53,551 nt of DNA from a virus (Duplodnaviria > Heunggongvirae > Uroviricota > Caudoviricetes), in the IMG/VR virus record IMGVR_UViG_2859805564_000008, one strand, 5' to 3'. Both the position numbers and the translations under genes were made by a program. The stretch's first letter is position 1. Every line of letters starts with the position of its first letter. Below are positions 18,522 through 27,523 of this stretch, piece by piece. Below the pieces are notes generated by a model, which ran no database searches, was not told the origin of the DNA, and saw only the letters and a program-made list of their open reading frames with translations.

Positions 18522-20629
18522 TGCTGAATCAGGAAACCGCAAAGGCAGCACGAACCGATTCAGGTTATATCCTTCGCGCACCGAGACGAATGCGGGTTGC
18601 TGATGCCGTTGCTCAGTATATGCGGGTGCCCATGGGGGCAGGGAACTCAGTCCCGTGGGATCCGCTGGTGGCACCGTATGTTATTGAGCCGATGAACTGC
18701 CTGGCCTCGCGTGAATACGACGCAGTGATATTTGTTGGCCCGGCACGAACCGGCAAGACTATCGGCCTGATTGACGGCTGGGTGATTTACAACGTGATTT
18801 GCGATCCTGCTGATATGCTGATTATTCAGATGACGGAGGAAAAAGCCCGCGAACACTCCAAAAAACGACTCGCCAGAACGTTTCGCGTCAGCCCGGAAGT
18901 GGTCAGTCGCCTGAGTCCGAACAAAAATGACAACAACGTTTATGACAGAACATTCCTTGCTGGTAACTACCTGAAAATCGGCTGGCCGTCAGTCAATATC
19001 ATGTCCTCATCAGATTATAAATGCGTCGCGCTGACGGATTATGACCGTTTTCCGGAAGATATTGATGGCGAGGGGGATGCTTTCTCTCTTGCCTCAAAAC
19101 GTACCACAACATTTATGTCCAGTGGTATGACGCTGGTGGAGAGTTCCCCCGGCAGAGATGTGAAGGATGTGAAATGGCGACGGACTTCACCGCATGAGGC
19201 TCCACCAACCACGGGGATACTGTCGCTCTATAACCGTGGCGATCGCCGTCGCTGGTACTGGCCCTGTCCACACTGTGGTGAGTATTTTCAGCCCTGCGGC
19301 GATGTGGTTGCTGGTTTCCGTGATATTGCCGATCCCGTGCTGGCAAGTGAGGCGGCTTATATTCAGTGTCCTTCCTGTTCAGGACGGATTATGCCTGAAC
19401 AAAAACGTGAGCTGAACGGACGTGGGGTCTGGTTGCGGGATGGTGAATCCATCAATGCGGATGGCAGTCGTTATGGTGATCCCCGACGCTCACGTATTGC
19501 GTCATTCTGGATGGAGGGTCCGGCAGCTGCTTACCAGACACTCTCGCAACTCGTTTACAAACTGCTTACTGCAGAACAGGAATACGAGACAACCGGAAGT
19601 GAAGAAACACTCAAGACGGTTATCAATACCGACTGGGGATTACCTTATCTTCCCCGCGCCAGCATGGAGCAACGAAAAAGTGAACTGCTTGAGCAGCGGG
19701 CAGAGCCAGTTCCTTCCCGCAGTGTGCCGGATGGCGTTAATTTTCTTGTGGCGACAGTGGATGTGCAGGCGGGACGTCATCGCCGTTTTGTGGTTCAGGT
19801 AACGGGCTATGGCAGCCGTGGCGAACGCTGGATTATTGATCGTTACAACATCACGCAGTCATTGCGCGGTGACAGCGACGGGGAGAGCCAGCGAATTGAT
19901 CCGGCCAGCTATCCGGAAGACTGGGATGTCCTGCTGACGGATGTTTTTCATAAAAGCTGGCCGCTGGCCTCCGATCCTTCTCAACAAATGCGACTGATGG
20001 CAATGGCGGTGGACTCCGGCGGTGAAGACGGGGTCACTGATAATGCCTATAAATTCTGGCGTCGTTGCCGTCGTGATGGCCTTGGTAAACGTATTTACCT
20101 GTTTAAGGGCGACAGCATCCGGCGCGCAAAACTGATCACCCGTACATTCCCTGATAACACCGGACGAACGGGCCGACGGGCGCAGGCCGCAGGTGATGTG
20201 CCGCTCTGGCTTCTTCAGACGGATGCACTGAAAGACCGGGTGAATAACGCGTTATGGCGTGACTCGCCAGGTCCCGGCTATGTGCATTTCCCTGACTGGC
20301 TGGGGAGCTGGTTTTACGACGAACTGACGTATGAAGAGCGGAGCAGTGACGGGAAATGGAGTAAGCCGGGTCGCGGTGCCAACGAAGCTTTTGACCTGAT
20401 GGTGTATGCCGAGGCTCTGGTCATTCTGCATGGATACGAAAAGATCCGCTGGCCGGATGCACCGGAGTGGGCGAGCCGGGAAACCTGGCTGGAGTGTGTC
20501 CCGGACAGTATCGAACCGTCACCCTCACCCTCACCGGAACCGGTATCCACGCCTGTTAAAAAACAAAAACGGAAGAAAACAGTAACTGACGATGTTAACC
20601 CCTGGCTGACTTCCGGAGGATGGTTATGA
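18521..20629 (+). CDS. terminase large subunit (GpA family)
   Basis: 702 aa with Walker A-like GPARTGKT and the size/organisation of lambda gpA. Confidence 0.9.
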   Translation: MLNQETAKAARTDSGYILRAPRRMRVADAVAQYMRVPMGAGNSVPWDPLVAPYVIEPMNCLASREYDAVIFVGPARTGKTIGLIDGWVIYNVICDPADMLIIQMTEEKAREHSKKRLARTFRVSPEVVSRLSPNKNDNNVYDRTFLAGNYLKIGWPSVNIMSSSDYKCVALTDYDRFPEDIDGEGDAFSLASKRTTTFMSSGMTLVESSPGRDVKDVKWRRTSPHEAPPTTGILSLYNRGDRRRWYWPCPHCGEYFQPCGDVVAGFRDIADPVLASEAAYIQCPSCSGRIMPEQKRELNGRGVWLRDGESINADGSRYGDPRRSRIASFWMEGPAAAYQTLSQLVYKLLTAEQEYETTGSEETLKTVINTDWGLPYLPRASMEQRKSELLEQRAEPVPSRSVPDGVNFLVATVDVQAGRHRRFVVQVTGYGSRGERWIIDRYNITQSLRGDSDGESQRIDPASYPEDWDVLLTDVFHKSWPLASDPSQQMRLMAMAVDSGGEDGVTDNAYKFWRRCRRDGLGKRIYLFKGDSIRRAKLITRTFPDNTGRTGRRAQAAGDVPLWLLQTDALKDRVNNALWRDSPGPGYVHFPDWLGSWFYDELTYEERSSDGKWSKPGRGANEAFDLMVYAEALVILHGYEKIRWPDAPEWASRETWLECVPDSIEPSPSPSPEPVSTPVKKQKRKKTVTDDVNPWLTSGGWL

Positions 20630-20838
20630 ACCAGAATGATATCGAAGCCATGATTCAGCGTTATACGGAAGCTGAAATGGCGGTGCTGGACGGAAAATCC
20701 GTCACCTTTAATGGTCAGCAGATGACCATGGAAAACTTATCTGAGATCCGGCAGGGACGGCAGGAGTGGGAGCGCCGCCTTGCGGCTCTGATTACACGAC
20801 GACGGGGGCATCCCGGGTACCGGCTGGCGAGGTTCTGA
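20620..20838 (+). CDS. head-tail joining protein W-like
   Basis: 72 aa between terminase and portal, ending RRRGHPGY like lambda gpW. Confidence 0.55.
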   Translation: MVMNQNDIEAMIQRYTEAEMAVLDGKSVTFNGQQMTMENLSEIRQGRQEWERRLAALITRRRGHPGYRLARF

Positions 20839-22346
20839 TGGCAATTCTTGATGATGTGATTGGCGTTTTTTCACCAGGATGGAAAGCGGCAAGGCTGCGT
20901 TCCCGTGCGGTGATCCAGGCTTATGAGGCCGTAAAAACGACGCGGACACACAAAGCCCGGCGGGAGAACCGAACTGCCGACCAGTTAAGCCAGTACGGGG
21001 CCGTGTCGTTACGTGAGCAGGCCCGTTACCTTGATAACAACCACGATCTGGTTATTGGTGTATTTGACAAGCTGGAAGAACGGGTGGTGGGGAAAAACGG
21101 GATTATTGTCGAGCCACATCCGGTATTACGCAATGGGGCCATTGCCCGTGATCTGGCAGCGGAGATTCGCACCCGATGGAGTGAATGGTCTGTCAGCCCG
21201 GAAGTCACCGGGCAGTTTACCCGTCCGATGCTGGAACGTCTGATGCTGCGTACCTGGCTGCGCGATGGTGAGGTGTTTGCCCAGATGGTTTCCGGGCGCA
21301 TAAACAGCCTGACGCCTTCTGCCGGTGTTCATTTCTGGCTGGAGGCGCTCGAGCCGGACTTTATTCCCATGACCAGTGATGAGAGCAACAGGCTGAATCA
21401 GGGCGTGTTTGTTGATGACTGGGGGCGTCCCGAAAAATATCTGGTGTATAAAAGCCGTCCCGTATCCGGACGGCAGATGGAAACCAAAGAAGTGGATGCA
21501 GAGCGAATGCTGCATCTTAAATTTGTTCGCCGTCTGCACCAGATGCGCGGGACGTCTTTATTGTCCGGTGTGCTGATCCGCCTCAGTGCCCTGAAAGAGT
21601 ATGAAGATTCTGAGCTGACTGCAGCAAGGATCGCCGCTGCTCTGGGGATGTACATCCGGAAAGGCGACGGGCAGAGCTATGAAGCGGATGGTAATGGCAG
21701 CAAGGATAAGGAACGCGAGCTTACCATTCAGCCAGGCATTATTTACGATGATCTGAAACCCGGCGAAGAAATCGGAATGGTGAAGTCGGATCGCCCAAAT
21801 CCTAACCTTGAAACTTTTCGTAATGGTCAGTTGCGTGCCGTGGCGGCGGGCAGTCGTCTGAGTTTTTCCAGTACAGCGCGCAACTATAACGGCACTTACA
21901 GCGCCCAGCGTCAGGAGCTGGTTGAATCCACTGATGGCTACCTGATCCTGCAGGACTGGTTTATTGGTGCCGTCACCCGTCCGATGTATCGTGCCTGGCT
22001 GAAACAGGCTGTGGCATCCGGTGTTATCAGGCTACCCCGCGATCTTGACCTTTCTTCACTGTATACCGCGGTGTATTCCGGACCGGTGATGCCGTGGATT
22101 GACCCTGTTAAGGAGGCTGAGGCCTGGAAAATCCAGATTCGTGGTGGAGCGGCGACAGAATCAGACTGGGTACGTGCTGGTGGTCGTAATCCGGATGATG
22201 TCAAACGTCGGCGCAAGGCCGAAATTGATGAAAACCGCAAGCTGGATCTGGTATTTGATACCGATCCGGCCAGTGATAAAGGAGGCAGCAGTGCCGCAAC
22301 GAAACGACAGGAGCCGCAGCACACCGACGACCAGTCCGAAGAATAA
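20838..22346 (+). CDS. portal protein (gpB-like)
   Basis: ~502 aa downstream of terminase/W; start MAILDD overlaps the W stop (TGATG); track ORF starts at 20766. Confidence 0.8.
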   Translation: MAILDDVIGVFSPGWKAARLRSRAVIQAYEAVKTTRTHKARRENRTADQLSQYGAVSLREQARYLDNNHDLVIGVFDKLEERVVGKNGIIVEPHPVLRNGAIARDLAAEIRTRWSEWSVSPEVTGQFTRPMLERLMLRTWLRDGEVFAQMVSGRINSLTPSAGVHFWLEALEPDFIPMTSDESNRLNQGVFVDDWGRPEKYLVYKSRPVSGRQMETKEVDAERMLHLKFVRRLHQMRGTSLLSGVLIRLSALKEYEDSELTAARIAAALGMYIRKGDGQSYEADGNGSKDKERELTIQPGIIYDDLKPGEEIGMVKSDRPNPNLETFRNGQLRAVAAGSRLSFSSTARNYNGTYSAQRQELVESTDGYLILQDWFIGAVTRPMYRAWLKQAVASGVIRLPRDLDLSSLYTAVYSGPVMPWIDPVKEAEAWKIQIRGGAATESDWVRAGGRNPDDVKRRRKAEIDENRKLDLVFDTDPASDKGGSSAATKRQEPQHTDDQSEE

Positions 22347-22359
22347 TTCCTGGTTCAGG

Positions 22360-24318
22360 ATGCAGGCTGGTCACCAGAGTGACGCGGATATTTATATTTA
22401 TGACGAGATTGGTTTCTGGGGTGTTACAGCGAAGCAGTTTATCAGTGATCTGAATGCACTGGGCGATATCACCCATATTAATCTCCATATTAATTCACCG
22501 GGTGGCGATGTCTTTGAAGGCATCGCCATTTTTAATGCACTGAAAACACATGGTGCGTCCATTACCGTTTATGTCGACGGTGTGGCGGCGTCAATGGCGT
22601 CGGTCATTGCGATGGTGGGAAACCCGGTCATTATGCCGGAAAACACCTTCATGATGATTCATAAACCATTTGGCTTTACGGGCGGTGATGCGGAGGACAT
22701 GCGCACCTATGCCGACCTGCTCGATAAAGTTGAGGCGGTTCTGTTACCCGCTTATGCACAGAAAACCGGGAAAACCACCGATGAAATTGCTGCCATGCTG
22801 GCGGATGAGACCTGGATGTCTGGTGCCGAATGTCTGGCACATGGATTTGCTGATCAGGTAACGCCAGCCGTTAAGGCAATGGCATGTATTCAGTCAAAAC
22901 GTACAGAGGAATTTAAAAAGATGCCGGAATCCATTCGAAACATGATTACTCCGCCACGCAACAGTGCTCCACGCGTACAGGATGATGAACCTGCAGCCTC
23001 CCGGACGCCAGTGCAGGCAGCAGCACCCGTGGTGGATGAAAACAGCATCCGTGCGCAGGTACTGGCAGAGCAAAAAGCGCGTGTAAACGGTATTAATGAT
23101 CTGTTTGCCATGTTTGGCGGGCGTTATCAGACGCTGCAGGCTCAGTGTCTTGCCGATCCTGAGTGTTCGCTGGAGCAGGCCCGCGAAAAGCTGTTGAACG
23201 AGATGGGGCGCGAGTCCACGCCATCCAATAAAAATACACCGGCTCATATTTATGCTGGTAACGGTAATTTTGTGGGGGACGGGATTCGCCAGGCGCTGAT
23301 GGCGCGTGCCGGATTTGAAAAAACCGAACGTGATAATGTCTACAACGGGATGACCCTGCGTGAATATGCCCGTATGTCACTGACTGAACGGGGTATTGGG
23401 GTTTCCGGTTATAACCCGATGCAGATGGTCGGTGCGGCGTTCACCCACAGTACGTCTGACTTCGGTAATATTCTGCTGGATGTTGCGAACAAAGCCATTC
23501 TGCAGGGCTGGGAAGATGCCCCTGAAACCTATGAACAATGGACGCGGAAAGGTCAGTTGTCTGATTTTAAAATTGCCCATCGTGTGGGTATGGGGGGCTT
23601 CAGTGCTCTGCGTCAGGTGCGTGAAGGGGCGGAATATAAATACGTCACCACCGGAGATAAACAGGCCACTATTGCACTGGCGACCTATGGCGAGCTGTTC
23701 AGTATCACCCGTCAGGCCATTATCAATGATGATCTGAATATGCTGACCGATGTCCCGATGAAACTGGGCCGTGCGGCGAAATCCACTATTGCCGATCTGG
23801 TTTATGCCATTCTGACGTCTAACCCGAAAATCTCCACAGATAATGTAAGTCTGTTCGATAAAGCGAAACATGCAAACGTACTGGAGAGCGCTGCAATGGA
23901 CGTGGCATCGCTGGATAAAGCCCGCCAGTTGATGCGCGTTCAGAAAGAGGGGGAGCGTCATCTGAATATTCGTCCTGCGTTCGTACTGGTACCGACGGCG
24001 ATGGAGTCTGTTGCTAACCAGGTCATTCGCTCCTCAAGTGTCAAGGGGGCTGACATTAACGCCGGTATTATTAACCCGGTGAAAGATTTTGCGACCGTTA
24101 TTGCAGAGCCCCGTCTTGATGATAACAGCCAGACCACCTTCTACCTGGCTGCGTCAAAAGGCTCCGATACGATTGAAGTGGCTTATCTCAACGGTGTGGA
24201 TACGCCATATATTGATCAGATGGAGGGCTTCAGTGTGGATGGCGTGACAACGAAAGTGCGTATTGACGCCGGTGTCGCGCCAGTTGATCACCGCGGTCTG
24301 GTGAAATGTACGGCGTAA
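22360..24318 (+). CDS. prohead protease (ClpP/S14-like) - scaffold - major capsid fusion protein
   Basis: N-terminal ClpP-like motifs (INSPGGDVFEG, GVAASMASVI, MMIHKP), Ala/Pro/Gln-rich linker, ~400-aa capsid-like C-terminus; track ORF begins at 22099 inside the portal gene. Confidence 0.7.
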   Translation: MQAGHQSDADIYIYDEIGFWGVTAKQFISDLNALGDITHINLHINSPGGDVFEGIAIFNALKTHGASITVYVDGVAASMASVIAMVGNPVIMPENTFMMIHKPFGFTGGDAEDMRTYADLLDKVEAVLLPAYAQKTGKTTDEIAAMLADETWMSGAECLAHGFADQVTPAVKAMACIQSKRTEEFKKMPESIRNMITPPRNSAPRVQDDEPAASRTPVQAAAPVVDENSIRAQVLAEQKARVNGINDLFAMFGGRYQTLQAQCLADPECSLEQAREKLLNEMGRESTPSNKNTPAHIYAGNGNFVGDGIRQALMARAGFEKTERDNVYNGMTLREYARMSLTERGIGVSGYNPMQMVGAAFTHSTSDFGNILLDVANKAILQGWEDAPETYEQWTRKGQLSDFKIAHRVGMGGFSALRQVREGAEYKYVTTGDKQATIALATYGELFSITRQAIINDDLNMLTDVPMKLGRAAKSTIADLVYAILTSNPKISTDNVSLFDKAKHANVLESAAMDVASLDKARQLMRVQKEGERHLNIRPAFVLVPTAMESVANQVIRSSSVKGADINAGIINPVKDFATVIAEPRLDDNSQTTFYLAASKGSDTIEVAYLNGVDTPYIDQMEGFSVDGVTTKVRIDAGVAPVDHRGLVKCTA

Positions 24319-24342
24319 ACGTCGCAGACAACAACTCTGATG

Positions 24343-24361
24343 GCCCGTAAGGGCTTTTTTT
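24343..24361 (+). terminator. intrinsic terminator after the capsid gene
   Basis: GGCCC-GTAA-GGGCC-type hairpin followed by a T7 run. Confidence 0.6.
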
Positions 24362-24404
24362 GTACCTGAAATCAGCCCCTGAACGGGGCTGTGCGGAGAC
24401 AGTT

Positions 24405-24728
24405 ATGGCAAAGAATTTTGTAGAAGAAGGAAAAACGGTGGCGATTGTTGCCAGTGCAGCCATCAGCAGCGGAGACCTGGTGCAGGTGGGTGATGTTTTT
24501 GCGGTGGCGCTGACCGATATTCCACAGGGTGAAACAGGCGACGGCCTGACCGAAGGTGTGTTTATGCTGCCTAAGCTGAAAACGGATGACATGAAAACGG
24601 GTAAGAAGGTTTATCTGAAGTCCGGAAAAGTTCAGCTGACTAACAGCGGCTCTGATCCGCTGGTCGGGGTTGTCTGGGCAGATGCCGGAACCAGTGCAGA
24701 AGAAGTGCCGGTAAAACTCAATGTCTGA
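24405..24728 (+). CDS. DUF2190-like head-associated protein (putative)
   Basis: ~107-aa ORF from MAKNFVEEG after the capsid gene. Confidence 0.45.
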   Translation: MAKNFVEEGKTVAIVASAAISSGDLVQVGDVFAVALTDIPQGETGDGLTEGVFMLPKLKTDDMKTGKKVYLKSGKVQLTNSGSDPLVGVVWADAGTSAEEVPVKLNV

Positions 24729-24996
24729 TCCCTTTTCCCGGCTGGCAGCGCGTATGGATGCGATCACGGTCAGAAAGATGGGAAAGACAGCCTCGATTAA
24801 TGATGTCGATATGACTGTGATCCCGGGAGAAACACTGGCAGAGCTGAATGCTCTGTCCGGACCTGCGGTCTCTCTGGTGGTGTTTTCTTCGGGATACCGC
24901 CCACGGCGCGGGGATCGCGTTGTTTATGACGGACAACATTGGACGGTCACACGGCATGAACGCTTTAACGGTAAGCCAATGATCTTTATTGAGTAA
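24721..24996 (+). CDS. head-tail connector / head completion protein (putative)
   Basis: 91-aa ORF in the head-tail joining region. Confidence 0.4.
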   Translation: MSDPFSRLAARMDAITVRKMGKTASINDVDMTVIPGETLAELNALSGPAVSLVVFSSGYRPRRGDRVVYDGQHWTVTRHERFNGKPMIFIE

Positions 24997-25007
24997 AGAG
25001 GTGTGGG

Positions 25008-25586
25008 ATGAAGGGGCTTGAGAATGCCATCCGCAATCTGAACAGCCTTGATACCCGTATGGTGCCACAGGCCAGCGCATGGGCGATAAACCGTGTGGCA
25101 CAGAAAGCGGTCTCGGTTGCCACCCGGCAGGTTGCCGGGAATACCGTTGCGGGAGATAACCAGGTGAAAGGGATACCCCTGAAACTGGTACGTCAGCGTG
25201 TCCGGGTGTTTAAAGCCAGTCCGTCAGGAAAAATGACGGCCAGGATCCGCGTTAACCGGGGCAATCTGCCTGCCATTAAGCTGGGGACCGCCCGGGTCAG
25301 ACTGACCCGGCGTGGTGGAAAACTGCAGTACCGTGGCAGCGTGCTGAAGGTGGGTAAATATCTTTTCCGGGATGCGTTTATTCAGCAACTGGCGAATGGT
25401 CGCTGGCATGTGATGCGGCGTATTGATGGCAAAAATCGTTACCCCATTGATGTGGTGAAAATCCCTCTGTCCGGACCGCTGACACAGGCATTTGAAGATG
25501 CCCGCGACCGCATCATTGCTGCGGAAATGCCGAAACAGCTGGGGTATGCACTGAAACAACAACTGAGGTTATGGCTGACCCGATGA
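25008..25586 (+). CDS. tail completion protein Z-like
   Basis: 192 aa, same size and position as lambda Z (upstream of U). Confidence 0.5.
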   Translation: MKGLENAIRNLNSLDTRMVPQASAWAINRVAQKAVSVATRQVAGNTVAGDNQVKGIPLKLVRQRVRVFKASPSGKMTARIRVNRGNLPAIKLGTARVRLTRRGGKLQYRGSVLKVGKYLFRDAFIQQLANGRWHVMRRIDGKNRYPIDVVKIPLSGPLTQAFEDARDRIIAAEMPKQLGYALKQQLRLWLTR

Positions 25587-25984
25587 ACCGACATACACAA
25601 ATCCGCCAGGTCGTACTGGCACGCCTTCGGGAACAGTGTGGAGACAGCGCCACGTTTTTTGACGGGCTTCCGGCATTTGTTGATGCGCAGGAACTGCCTG
25701 CCGTGGCGGTGTGGCTGAGTGATGCTCAGTACACCGGAAAAATGACGGATGAAGATGACTGGCAGGCTGTTCTGCATATTGCTGTCTTCATCCGGGCACA
25801 GGCACCGGATTCAGAGCTGGATATGTGGATGGAGAGCACCATTTTCCCGGCCCTGAATGATGTACCGGCACTTTCCGGACTCATCGACACCCTGATCCCA
25901 CTCGGTTTTAACTATCAACGTGATAATGAGATGGCCACCTGGGCGATGGCGGAAATCACGTACCAGATCACGTACACGAATTAA
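25571..25984 (+). CDS. tail terminator protein U
   Basis: 137 aa; ATFFDG...PAVAVWL...AQYTG...ELD.WMES pattern as in lambda U. Confidence 0.8.
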   Translation: MADPMNRHTQIRQVVLARLREQCGDSATFFDGLPAFVDAQELPAVAVWLSDAQYTGKMTDEDDWQAVLHIAVFIRAQAPDSELDMWMESTIFPALNDVPALSGLIDTLIPLGFNYQRDNEMATWAMAEITYQITYTN

Positions 25985-25994
25985 GGAGGTGGCA

Positions 25995-26738
25995 ATGACC
26001 ACACCAAATCCACTGGCAAAAACGAAAGGTGCGGGAACGACGTTCTGGATGTACACCGGCAAGGGCGATGCGTTTGCGAACCCTTTATCGGACACTGACT
26101 GGCTGCGTCTTGCGATGGTGAAGGATCTGCAGCCTGGCGAAATGACCGCTGATGCAGAAGATGACACTTATCTCGATGATGAAGATGCAGACTGGAAAAC
26201 GACAACCCAGGGGCAGAAATCCGTCGGTGATACTTCGGCGACGCTGGCCTGGCGTCCGGGTGACAGCGGGCAGAAAAAACTGGTTCAGTTGTTCGACTCC
26301 GGTGAAGTCTGCGCGTTTCGTATCAAATATCCCAACGGTACTGTTGATGTTTTCCGTGGCTGGCTGAGTTCACTGGGTAAAACCATTGCCTCAAAAGACG
26401 TGATGACCCGCACAGTGAAAATCAGCGGTGTGGGGCGTCCGTATCTGGCAGAAGAAGGCACTGAAACCGTGGGCGTTACCGGGCTGACGGTGGCACCGGC
26501 ATCTGCCAGTGTAAAAGTGGGAGCAACCACCACGCTGACCTTTACAGTAAAACCTGACGGAGCCAGTGACAAAGCGATCAGTGTGCATTCGACAGATCCA
26601 CAGACTGCCACGGTGACCCTGAACGGGCTTGTGGCCACGGTGAAAGGCGTGAAGCAGGGCAGTGTCAGCATTGTGGGCATGACTTCTGACGGCGATTTTG
26701 TGGCAGTGGCTACGGTGGCTGTCAGCGCCGCAGGTTAA
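25995..26738 (+). CDS. major tail protein V with C-terminal Ig-like domain
   Basis: MTTPNPLAKTKGAGTTFWMYTG start with AAGGAGG RBS; C-terminal Big_2-like repeat region; track ORF starts at 25920. Confidence 0.85.
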   Translation: MTTPNPLAKTKGAGTTFWMYTGKGDAFANPLSDTDWLRLAMVKDLQPGEMTADAEDDTYLDDEDADWKTTTQGQKSVGDTSATLAWRPGDSGQKKLVQLFDSGEVCAFRIKYPNGTVDVFRGWLSSLGKTIASKDVMTRTVKISGVGRPYLAEEGTETVGVTGLTVAPASASVKVGATTTLTFTVKPDGASDKAISVHSTDPQTATVTLNGLVATVKGVKQGSVSIVGMTSDGDFVAVATVAVSAAG

Positions 26739-26759
26739 CAGGACGATACTCATCATTTG

Positions 26760-26783
26760 CCCCGATTATCCGGGGCTTTTTTG
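26760..26783 (+). terminator. hairpin plus T-run between V and G
   Basis: GCCCCG-ATTAT-CGGGGC followed by TTTTTT. Confidence 0.55.
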
Positions 26784-26795
26784 CAGGTGGAGAAC

Positions 26796-27185
26796 ATGAT
26801 GTTTCTGAAACAGGGCACGTTTAATTATGAAAAGCAGTCCGTGGTGCTCAGTGAGCTGTCCGGGCTGCAGAGAATTGAATATCTGGCGTTTGTTCAGCAG
26901 CGAACGGCAAAGTTTGATGCCGAAGAGGGAGAACTGCCGGAGGCTGAACGACAGATTGCTTTTCTGCGGATGGGGATGGATATCAATGCCTGGCTGGTTT
27001 CCCGCTCACTGTGGAATGCGGATCAGTCTAAGGATGTAGAGACGCTTTGCGCATCCGTTATTACAACATGGTCGTATGATGCCCTGGGTGCGGGGGCGGA
27101 GATGGTTCTGTCGCTGAGCGGTATGGGGACCATTGATAATGCCGGGGATGATGAGCATGAGGCGCTGACGCCGGAAAAGTCCTGA
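26796..27185 (+). CDS. tail assembly chaperone G
   Basis: MMFLKQGTFNYEK... resembles lambda G; located after the hairpin. Confidence 0.8.
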   Translation: MMFLKQGTFNYEKQSVVLSELSGLQRIEYLAFVQQRTAKFDAEEGELPEAERQIAFLRMGMDINAWLVSRSLWNADQSKDVETLCASVITTWSYDALGAGAEMVLSLSGMGTIDNAGDDEHEALTPEKS

Positions 27186-27193
27186 CGCGGGAA

Positions 27194-27523
27194 ATGCAGT
27201 TTGTCATGCGGCTTGCCCGGGAGTTCCGGCGGGCAGACTGGCGGCGGATGCTGTCGGAAATGTCGGCCACTGAGCTTGGTGAGTGGGGCGATTATTTCCG
27301 GATGCAGAGCTTCAGTGATGTGTGGATGGATGCGCAGTTTGCCTCGCTGAAGGCATTGATCGTGAGAATGGTGTCCGGCAGTAGTGATGCTGCGGTGGCT
27401 GATTTCAGCCTTTTACCGGAAGAGAACGGGATACCGGAGCGAACGGACGAAGAACTGATGCATCTTGGGGAAGGTATTTCCGGAGGTGTGCGTTATGGAC
27501 CAGATAGCCAACCTGGTCATTGA
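27194..27523 (+). CDS. T-region of the G-T tail assembly chaperone (-1 frameshift extension)
   Basis: ORF in the -1 frame relative to G, overlapping its end; conserved G-T arrangement upstream of the tape measure gene. Confidence 0.7.
   Translation: MQFVMRLAREFRRADWRRMLSEMSATELGEWGDYFRMQSFSDVWMDAQFASLKALIVRMVSGSSDAAVADFSLLPEENGIPERTDEELMHLGEGISGGVRYGPDSQPGH

Noticed and set aside
23377-23961. 194-aa antisense ORF within the protease-capsid gene
   Set aside because: Antisense to a well-supported structural gene with no independent signals
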